IMG/VR virus record: IMGVR_UViG_3300045988_013335
Span: 1-11,962 of that record
Source of the DNA: a virus
Reading direction: 5' to 3' (one strand)
DNA length: 11,962 bases
Positions 1 to 6,217 of this stretch are shown here, one piece after another. Below the pieces are notes generated by a model that was not told the DNA's origin, made no database searches, and was given only the letters and a program-made list of their open reading frames with translations. How positions within the stretch are numbered: position 1 is the stretch's first letter; each line of letters opens with the position of its first letter. The position numbers and the translations under genes were made by a program.

Positions 1-216
1 GTATACAAATGACCCATTTTTAACGTTTCCCAACACACTTTTAACAGTTGTTAGCACAGTTTGGCACGCTTTTTGTTGTGAGCCGTGCCAACTGAGCCGA
101 TGAAACAAAGTTTAACAGGTCGTTAAGATAGTTTAACAAACGCATATAAAGATGCGACTTCGCCTTAGAAATTGCATATTTATGCGACTTTGTACCGATG
201 TATAATTATTCAGATT

Positions 217-307
217 AAGCCACGATGAGCCACCACCGCCACAGACCGCCACATATTTAGCTATGCTAAATACGCCACCATAGCCACAGAAGCCAAATGA
301 GCCACCT
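217..307. repeat. Phased GCCAC iteron-like array with central palindrome (left ITR copy)
   Basis: GCCAC starts at 219, 229, 238 and 248. An 8-bp-arm palindrome TATTTAGC-tat-GCTAAATA follows at 254-272. GCCAC then starts at 274, 283 and 301, with a GCCAA variant at 292. Spacing is 9-10 bp and all copies have the same orientation. Confidence 0.8.
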
Positions 308-317
308 ACAGGGCGTT

Positions 318-355
318 AAAAAAGACCCCGTGGGCAATAACACCTCACAGGGTCT
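318..355 (-). terminator. Intrinsic terminator of the late (structural) operon, located inside the left ITR
   Basis: The minus strand reads AGACCCTGTG-aggtgttattgcc-CACGGGGTCT followed by TTTTTTAAC. This is a 10-bp GC-rich stem with one U-G wobble plus a T6 tail. It begins 22 nt after the TAG stop (377-379) of the last gene. Confidence 0.75.
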
Positions 356-376
356 AATAAGGGCACAGGGCTTATT

Positions 377-2335
377 CTATAAGGTGAAGCCGTTGCGCAA
401 AATGTTTATAATAGTGTTAACATCGTCCATCAACATATTTGAAGTGTCTGCAAATTTGACGTTCACCAACTTTGTAAAGCCTACAACGTCTTTGACCTTA
501 GTCAGACGTGAAGAAGCGGTTTCAACGCCTGTGCTTGTGATGGTCTTCTTTTGCAAAATGATGTAAGGTGTCAGACCCATAAGATAAGTTGAATCGAACT
601 TTGAACCACCAAGCACTCTTACTTCTTGTTTCTGAGTTCTGAAAAGAACATCGGTACACGGTTCAACTTCTTTCGTATATACAATTCTGTCTTCACAGGT
701 CAACACATACATACCACCGCCACCAATTATGTTGACCCTCAGTTCAAGTTCAACGGTGTGCCCTATAAGGTCAACAGGCAACGTTTCAAGACCGATGAAC
801 GGCACAAACATATTCAAGTCTGTATCATAGTCAGCCGTGCTTTGTGTGACGTTTGGAATGTCAACAGAACCGAACGAAATCACCTTTGTATCAGAAGTTA
901 AGTTAAACACGTTTGTATCTACTTGGAAATTACCACACATCAGTTTTGACGTAGAACCTTTTTCAACAGGGAAGAAGAATCTTTTGACCCTGTTAACATA
1001 GTCGCCAAGGTCATAAGAAATGGGGTCTTCTTTCGTACTTGCCGAATCACCTGTGTATGGTACAAAACGAGCGGTGGCAAAGTCTTCAAGATTCTGTTCA
1101 TTCAACACATAAGCGTTGATAAAACCATATTTCTTTGTCGGGGTTGAAGTCGGTGTCGCTTCACCCTCAACTTCAATATACCAATCGTGTTCGATTGCTA
1201 TCTGCGGGGTTATTGTGCCTGTGGCGGTCAGCATATCGTCGCTTACCGTCATATATACCACACGACCACCTGTTAAACTGTTGTAGCCTGTTATTTTGCA
1301 CTTCTTAGCGTCATAGAATTTGTTTCCTGCATCAGCGTTCAAAGTGAATGTGACAGGCTCACCAACGAAACAGTACGTAGGCTTTTCAACAGGTGTGCAC
1401 CCCGATAAATAATAATCAATACGCAAAGCCTTTTTGGTTTCGCCTGTTACAACTACATCGTGTTTTAAATCAACGTCAGCCAACACCACAGAAGCGTTTG
1501 AAATAACGTTATCTTCATCTACAAGCGGTTTCACAACAACGTTGACAGGTACGGACACATTCTTGTTGCTTCCATCTTTGCCAACGTAGGCACAGGACAC
1601 GTTCAACATTACCTTTTTAGAAGACAGGTTAACAGTCACAGAAGAACCGTTCACGGTGTGTGAAATTAAAGTATCTGGAACTTTATTAATAACGGTCACG
1701 TCTGTAGGCTCAACGGCTTTGGTGTTACCGTCCAACGTAGCATAGCCACCATAAGAAGCGGTCGCAAGGGTGAATGTTGCAACGTTATCCGAAACGGTCA
1801 TATTTTCCGTGGTTGCATCTGCAAACGGGTCTTCGGGGTCTGCACCATAAGTTACGGTCGGCACACCGTCAAAGGTGAATCCGTTTTCACACGTCAACGT
1901 TATAACGGTATTGTCGCCCTGTACTTCTGTTTTATATGTGGTGTGTTGAACGTTGTTTGTGACTGCTAAGGGTTCAACAGGCGAACCACCGCCGGCATAA
2001 AGGGTGAATCTTGCGGTATCTGTAAACAGTGATGTTGGTTTGAATCGCCAAGAGATAAACGTTCCATCGCTTGTGATACCTGTCATACCGCCATTAATAA
2101 CGGTTTGGTCTTCATCAGCCGTTACCTTTTTGGCTGTTACGTTAAAGGTTTGTGGCGCACCGTTATAAGTAACTTCAAACGTACCTGTTTTCACGTTGTC
2201 TTCAAAAAAGCAACCGTTAACGGCTTTCGCTTTCATAGCGACCCAATCCGAACCATCGTTTGTGTATGTCGTGGGGTTATTTTCAACGCCTGTACACTTG
2301 TCAAAATTGTATATAATATCGTAAGTACTTGCCAT
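377..2335 (-). CDS. Tail protein: N-terminal beta-repeat (Ig-like or InlB-B-repeat-like) adhesin region fused to a phi29 gp9 (tail knob)-like C-terminal half. Probable receptor-binding tail knob.
   Basis: 652-aa ORF, last gene of the operon. The C-terminus ...FTKLVNVKFADTSNMLMDDVNTIINILRNGFTL resembles my recollection of the phi29 gp9 C-terminus (...DLQEIRTIFDNGITLW). The first ~400 aa are T/V/N/G-rich with recurring strand motifs (TFEVTYNG, VITLTCENGFTFDG, VATFTLATASYGG, PVTFTLNADAGNKF). The ATG overlaps the upstream stop (TAATG). Confidence 0.6.
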   Translation of the reverse strand: MASTYDIIYNFDKCTGVENNPTTYTNDGSDWVAMKAKAVNGCFFEDNVKTGTFEVTYNGAPQTFNVTAKKVTADEDQTVINGGMTGITSDGTFISWRFKPTSLFTDTARFTLYAGGGSPVEPLAVTNNVQHTTYKTEVQGDNTVITLTCENGFTFDGVPTVTYGADPEDPFADATTENMTVSDNVATFTLATASYGGYATLDGNTKAVEPTDVTVINKVPDTLISHTVNGSSVTVNLSSKKVMLNVSCAYVGKDGSNKNVSVPVNVVVKPLVDEDNVISNASVVLADVDLKHDVVVTGETKKALRIDYYLSGCTPVEKPTYCFVGEPVTFTLNADAGNKFYDAKKCKITGYNSLTGGRVVYMTVSDDMLTATGTITPQIAIEHDWYIEVEGEATPTSTPTKKYGFINAYVLNEQNLEDFATARFVPYTGDSASTKEDPISYDLGDYVNRVKRFFFPVEKGSTSKLMCGNFQVDTNVFNLTSDTKVISFGSVDIPNVTQSTADYDTDLNMFVPFIGLETLPVDLIGHTVELELRVNIIGGGGMYVLTCEDRIVYTKEVEPCTDVLFRTQKQEVRVLGGSKFDSTYLMGLTPYIILQKKTITSTGVETASSRLTKVKDVVGFTKLVNVKFADTSNMLMDDVNTIINILRNGFTL

Positions 2336-2766
2336 TATCTATTACCTTTAATCGTTATCATAACTATCGAACCATCGTCCGTTAATTCATTCAAAGGGAA
2401 CGGTATCTTTTCTTTCTGCGTCCTAACGTCACATATAGGCTTGTAGTCACCATCGTACTTATGTGGCGAATCGGTGGCGTAAATCTCGCCTGTAGCTTCA
2501 AGAATCTGTTCTTTGAACGTAGTAAGAGAATCACAGGACAAAGACAAATAAGCCTTGTCACCGTCATATTTTACGGAATCAATAAAGTAATAACGCCCTA
2601 TTGGTTCAACGTAACACATCGTAAAGCCATCGACCTTACCACGAACGCAAATAACAGGCGTTAAAAAGTCCATTTCTGAAATCTTGCCTGTGATAGTAAC
2701 AGGGTCGCCAAGAACCTTGTTTATCTTGTTGCGTTCACCATTGTATTTATAAAACAGTACGTTCAT
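2335..2766 (-). CDS. Tail protein resembling the N-terminal domain of phi29 gp9 tail knob
   Basis: 143-aa ORF. The segment YVEPIGRYYFIDSVKYDGDKAYLSLSCDSLTTF resembles my recollection of the gp9 N-terminal region (NKWFYAFVTELEF...FEIDVLQTW). The gene is translationally coupled to the 652-aa tail ORF. Confidence 0.5.
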   Translation of the reverse strand: MNVLFYKYNGERNKINKVLGDPVTITGKISEMDFLTPVICVRGKVDGFTMCYVEPIGRYYFIDSVKYDGDKAYLSLSCDSLTTFKEQILEATGEIYATDSPHKYDGDYKPICDVRTQKEKIPFPLNELTDDGSIVMITIKGNR

Positions 2767-3148
2767 AGTTCTGCACTTTTATAGTTACCGAACCGTGCAA
2801 ATTCACGATTCCTTGAATGATTGCGTTTACGTTCTGAAACGTCTGCTTTGAATTTGAAACAGAACCCTTTGCAAGATTCCGTCCAACCAATATGCAGCCC
2901 TGTGTGTCCTTTGGGTAATTACCTGGATGAATCATAATTCCGGCACGTCCGTCAACTTGCAACAGGAACGGCATTTTCCGACCGAACTTGTTTGAATATT
3001 GATACCCGATTCTGTACGTACCCGGATCAATACAAGGGTGGTTCACGTTCTTGGGTGGTTCAAGAGTATCGCACAGGTAAGTATCACTATCATATAACTT
3101 ACCAATAGTGTATTTGTCATTCTGAAAGATTCTTTCCAATACTAACAT
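2747..3148 (-). CDS. DUF5675 / YkuD-fold-like small cell-wall enzyme (candidate endolysin or virion peptidoglycan hydrolase)
   Basis: 133-aa ORF. The motif IMIHPGNYPKDTQGCILVG (His74 ... Thr-x-Gly-Cys85-Ile) matches the L,D-transpeptidase-type catalytic signature H...(S/T)xGC(I/V). It is the only candidate peptidoglycan-active protein in the genome. Confidence 0.5.
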   Translation of the reverse strand: MLVLERIFQNDKYTIGKLYDSDTYLCDTLEPPKNVNHPCIDPGTYRIGYQYSNKFGRKMPFLLQVDGRAGIMIHPGNYPKDTQGCILVGRNLAKGSVSNSKQTFQNVNAIIQGIVNLHGSVTIKVQNYERTVL

Positions 3149-3162
3149 AATTAATCAATTTT

Positions 3163-3202
3163 AAAGTAAAAACGGTGGCACACCGTAAGAATGCGCCACC
3201 GT
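3163..3202 (-). terminator. Intrinsic terminator or attenuator immediately downstream of the capsid gene
   Basis: The minus strand reads ACGGTGGCGCA-ttcttacgg-TGTGCCACCGT, an 11-bp stem with one G-U, followed by TTTTACTTTAA. It starts 7 nt after the capsid protein stop (3209-3211). Confidence 0.65.
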
Positions 3203-3208
3203 CCAAAA

Positions 3209-4384
3209 TCAGGCAACAAAGAACACTACAAAATTCTCGTTGGTGTCGTTGAAGTAACCTGCATCGAACTTATAATAATTGTTGAAGAACTCAGCCTTTG
3301 CGTTGTAGTTGGTAGTTACACGCTTATCAAGATTGCAAACACCGAGTGCGTCACGGTCGAACATCACACCAAGCACACCACCGATTTTGATGTCGTGGTT
3401 TCCGCTTGTCTTGATGTTGATAGCAGAAGTATGAGCAAAGCCGTAATCTTTGCCTGTACCTTGCCAAGAAGCAACGGTTTCAGCGTTTGGCAACAGAACC
3501 TGTTCTTTGTTGTAGGTGTCTGCGTACAAGTACGCCTGTGCGCCCTTTGCAAAGTCAGACAACAGGACGGTGTGCAACGAATCCTTTGGGGTGAAACGTT
3601 CCTTACCACCAACGTTGAAGAGTGTAGAGATAGACTGCAAACGGTCTGCATACAATCCCATCTGATAAGAAGCAAAGCGAATGAAATCGCCATCGGTCAA
3701 ACACTTGTCAGCGGTCAAAGTTGTGCCCTTTGCCTTGTTGTAGAGATACAACAGGTTCACGCATCTTACAGTTGAAGTTGACCCGTAGTTCACGGCTTTG
3801 CCTGTGCCTGTGAATGCTGCTGTATCAGCAAACAGGGTTTCGCCCACCATATTGTTGATAGTGCGCATAATAAGAGCGTCTGTCTTGATAGTCATTGACT
3901 TCTCAACGGCTGCGTAAATCATAGACAAGAAGCCGTTCAACTGTGCTGCACTGCTGAAAGATTCCTTTACCTGTCGTTCTGTGATGGAAACAGGAACTTC
4001 AAAAGTTACCTTAGAGTTGAAGAACTTAGCGGAAACAACAGGCTTGTGGAAAATGTCCTGTTTGTATTCCTGTCCGTCTGTAAGATTCCAAGTGTCGTTC
4101 TCTGTAGCCTTTGGAACGTCAGCGGAAATCTTTTCAAGTACAGAACCAAATTCCCAAGCGTCCATCAATACAGACGGAATCTTGCCTGCATAAGGGCGGT
4201 TTACGAAAATCACCTTACCGATGTGGTTTACAAGTGACTTCACGTAGTTATCAACTGCACCTTGGTTGAATACTTCTGTACCAAGGTCAACAACGCCTGT
4301 AAGGTCTTCTGCTACGATGTCGGTTTTACCGAGAACCTCACCACTTACTGAGTTAATCAGTTCATAAATCTGTTTTACTTCCAT
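3209..4384 (-). CDS. Major capsid protein, phi29 gp8-like (HK97 fold expected)
   Basis: 391-aa ORF. AVDNYVKSLVNHIGKVIFV and SSAAQLNGFLSMIYAAVEKSMTIKTDALIMRTINNM resemble remembered phi29 gp8 segments ([53 protein letters not shown]). Its size and its position after the portal and a scaffold-like gene fit, and it is followed by a strong terminator. Confidence 0.8.
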   Translation of the reverse strand: MEVKQIYELINSVSGEVLGKTDIVAEDLTGVVDLGTEVFNQGAVDNYVKSLVNHIGKVIFVNRPYAGKIPSVLMDAWEFGSVLEKISADVPKATENDTWNLTDGQEYKQDIFHKPVVSAKFFNSKVTFEVPVSITERQVKESFSSAAQLNGFLSMIYAAVEKSMTIKTDALIMRTINNMVGETLFADTAAFTGTGKAVNYGSTSTVRCVNLLYLYNKAKGTTLTADKCLTDGDFIRFASYQMGLYADRLQSISTLFNVGGKERFTPKDSLHTVLLSDFAKGAQAYLYADTYNKEQVLLPNAETVASWQGTGKDYGFAHTSAINIKTSGNHDIKIGGVLGVMFDRDALGVCNLDKRVTTNYNAKAEFFNNYYKFDAGYFNDTNENFVVFFVA

Positions 4385-4398
4385 TTTAAAATAATTAA

Positions 4399-4956
4399 TT
4401 ATTCGTAAATACTTAATGTTAAATAACTTACTAAAGTGTTGATGATGTCTTCACGAACGTTCATCAAACGTGCACGGTATTCGTCCAACATAGCCTGTGT
4501 TACGTTACCGTTGAATCCTGTACGTGAAACTGTGCCTGTTTCCGTTTCCGTTCGGTTCTTGGCGTTTGACTTGTCTTCTTTGGAATCGTCCTTGAAGCCA
4601 TCATCGTTGAACGCCTTATCACTCTTTGTGATTCCGTCCGTATTGGATTCCTGTACTGTCACGGTCTTGTCGGTCGAAGTACTTTGAAGCACAGGTTTCA
4701 GAAAATCGTACTTCTTGGTGAAGACTTCAAACTGATTCTTGAACGTATCTACGCACATATCAAGAACCGCGCCTGTGAAGTCTTTGCAGTTGGATTCCGT
4801 GAATGAATCAAGAACCGTTCTGTTTCCGAACTTCACCAAAGCAAAGGTATCGGGCTTTGTTTCCCCGAATATCTCAGCATAAATTTCGGGGTAACGTTCT
4901 TTAAAGATTACGCCAAAAAGTTGGTTTTCCCCGATGAATAATTCTTTGAATAACAT
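4399..4956 (-). CDS. Structural-module protein of unknown role (candidate scaffold or lower-collar/adaptor)
   Basis: 185-aa ORF between the portal and capsid genes. It has a central acidic, Lys-rich low-complexity stretch (DDGFKDDSKEDKSNAKNRTETETG) and a helical C-terminus. I recognise no motif, so the assignment rests on position only. Confidence 0.4.
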   Translation of the reverse strand: MLFKELFIGENQLFGVIFKERYPEIYAEIFGETKPDTFALVKFGNRTVLDSFTESNCKDFTGAVLDMCVDTFKNQFEVFTKKYDFLKPVLQSTSTDKTVTVQESNTDGITKSDKAFNDDGFKDDSKEDKSNAKNRTETETGTVSRTGFNGNVTQAMLDEYRARLMNVREDIINTLVSYLTLSIYE

Positions 4957-4969
4957 ACGCTATAACGAA

Positions 4970-5974
4970 TTAAGTTTCTTTTTCTTCTTTTTCTTCTGTT
5001 TCAGAAGTTTCTTCTTTTTCTTCTGTTTCAGAAGTTTCTTCTTTTTCTTCTGTTTCGGTCGTTTCTTTGGTTTCTTCTGTTTCCTCAGTTTCAACCTTTT
5101 CGATGTCCTTAGACAACGCCAAGAAGTTTTCGTGTTCCAACTTCCAAGAAGAATTTAAATCCACGGTGATGTCAGTTCCGAACATTTCATTTACCTGTTT
5201 GATTGCGTCACGTCTGCTATTCAGCATATTTTCCACATAAGGCAAAAGCACGTCCACGTTCATTGAAACTTCACCAAGGTTCAAACGTTCACGCTTCATA
5301 TTATAGTTGGCGTTCAAGCCAAGTTCGTTGAGCATTGAACCCCTGTAATACTGTACGAGTTCAACCAGTTGTGTTATGTATTGACTGTTTGAAACGTTGG
5401 CGGTCTGCATTGATACGCCCTTGAAGAAACTGTTTTCACCGATTACTGAAAAGTCACCGTTGAGAATCTTTTTCAAGAACTCGTCTGCACTCTGTTTGGT
5501 CTTATCATCAGAAGCACTTATCAGCATAGTGATGCGTGTCAGAATTGAAGCTGTGTTCAACGAAATAAGACCGTCTGTGTACAGAACCGCAAATTTGCCG
5601 ATGACAGGCAGCAGGCTTTGACCGTTGGTGTCGTTCTTCATCAGAACACAATCAGAACCGATTCTGTACGTCTTGTTCAACTTTAACCAAGGGTTCGCCA
5701 CGATGTAATCAACAGGGCGACCGTATGCGTCACAATCGCCACCTGTAGAACCACCAAGGGCGTACAGGTCATTTCCTACCTTTGCTATAGCACAGTTTCC
5801 ACTTTCCTGTAACAGGCGTTCAAGTTCCACATGTGGAATAGTTTCGGGAAGACCATCGTACTTGAACATCGACTGAGTAATAGCCAAAGTATGTTCCATA
5901 AAAGACGTTACGGCAACGTCCTTTGTCTTCACCTGTGCTTGGTAGTGCGTATAGATATTATCTAATTTTTTCAT
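4970..5974 (-). CDS. Portal (connector / upper collar) protein, phi29 gp10-like, with acidic repeat C-terminal tail
   Basis: 334-aa ORF. [30 protein letters not shown] resembles phi29 gp10 [48 protein letters not shown] resembles [31 protein letters not shown] resembles INELYGLNVKVKF. These comparisons are from memory. Confidence 0.85.
   Translation of the reverse strand: [334 protein letters not shown]
4981..5057. repeat. 27-bp tandem repeat (~2.9 copies) encoding the acidic portal tail
   Basis: Full units GAAGTTTCTTCTTTTTCTTCTGTTTCA occur at 5004-5030 and 5031-5057 (one mismatch). A 23-nt partial copy lies at 4981-5003. On the minus strand these encode (S/T)ETEEKEET repeats. Confidence 0.9.
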
Positions 5975-6165
5975 TTTACCAAAGTTTTAATTAATGTGCA
6001 AAGTTCCGTCAAAACTTTCGTGTTTGCTTCAACCGTAGCACTTAGCTTGTCGGTTTCGTCTTTGTGCTTGTCTTCCTGTTTCATCATAAAATAAAACAGG
6101 GCGACACATACCGCAATCGGAAAACCAACGTTACTGATTAATGATATAACTTCGTTCATACTCAT
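5971..6165 (-). CDS. Small single-pass membrane protein (holin candidate)
   Basis: 64-aa ORF with one hydrophobic segment (VISLISNVGFPIAVCVALFYFMM) followed by a charged helical tail. It is the first gene after the late promoter, and its stop overlaps the portal start (ATGA). Confidence 0.4.
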   Translation of the reverse strand: MSMNEVISLISNVGFPIAVCVALFYFMMKQEDKHKDETDKLSATVEANTKVLTELCTLIKTLVK

Positions 6166-6190
6166 AATTTCTTATTATTTTAACTATTTG

Positions 6191-6198
6191 CAAAGATA
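6191..6198 (-). promoter_or_regulatory. Late promoter -7 element (TATCTTTG), Bacteroidota type
   Basis: The minus strand reads CGTATCTTTGCA. It matches TAnnTTTG and lies 25 nt upstream of the ATG at 6165. The 12-mer is identical to the one at 11474-11485. The -33 region has only CTTG (6221-6224). Confidence 0.5.
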
Positions 6199-6217
6199 CG
6201 AATAAAAATTCGTATCT
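6194..6217 (-). terminator. Perfect 10-bp hairpin after the ATPase gene (possible terminator, overlapping the late promoter)
   Basis: The minus strand reads AGATACGAAT-tttt-ATTCGTATCT followed by TTGCAAAT. It lies 14 nt after the ATPase stop (6232-6234). The U-tail is weak, and the 3' arm forms part of the -7 box. Confidence 0.4.

Larger units (their letters stand above)
1..392. repeat. Left inverted terminal repeat (392 bp)
   Basis: Bases 1-392 equal the reverse complement of 11571-11962. I compared them block by block by eye and found no mismatch. Identity ends after ...GGTGAAGCCG (392): the left side continues TTGCGCAA, and the reverse complement of the right side continues AAAAGCGCAA. 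Confidence 0.97.

Noticed and set aside
217-307. CRISPR array or coding microsatellite as an explanation for the short repeats (also the 27-bp repeat at 4981-5057)
   Set aside because: The repeat units are 5 bp at 9-10 bp spacing, or 27 bp in direct tandem with no spacers. Neither fits the repeat-spacer geometry of a CRISPR array, and no cas genes are present.
297-566. 89-aa plus-strand ORF starting inside the left ITR
   Set aside because: Its first part is the GCCAC array and terminator region of the ITR. The rest is antisense to the tail gene. It has no coding-like features and no plus-strand promoter.
2333-2337. Programmed frameshift fusing the 143-aa and 652-aa tail ORFs
   Set aside because: There is no slippery heptamer. 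The frame of the 652-aa ORF has TAA, TAA and TAG stops immediately upstream of its ATG. A TAATG overlap is a standard termination-reinitiation coupling.
626-2446. Plus-strand ORFs 626-901 and 2105-2446. The same applies to the plus-strand ORFs at 2461-2664, 3981-4237, 4436-4687, 5397-5621, 6653-7314, 8237-8944, 9622-9888, 10060-10284 and 10853-11059.
   Set aside because: All are antisense to longer minus-strand genes with recognisable motifs or strong operon logic. The genome shows no plus-strand promoter or terminator architecture apart from the right-end candidate.
3191-3775. 194-aa plus-strand ORF, and the nested 109-aa minus-strand ORF at 3364-3693
   Set aside because: Both lie entirely inside the well-supported capsid gene (3209-4384, minus strand). 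Their Cys/Val/His-rich composition is typical of antisense or off-frame shadow ORFs. No start context or promoter is present.
4934-5158. 74-aa plus-strand ORF rich in poly-Phe (FFFFFFCFRSFFFFF)
   Set aside because: It is simply the antisense reading of the GAA/GAG-rich acidic repeat at the portal C-terminus.
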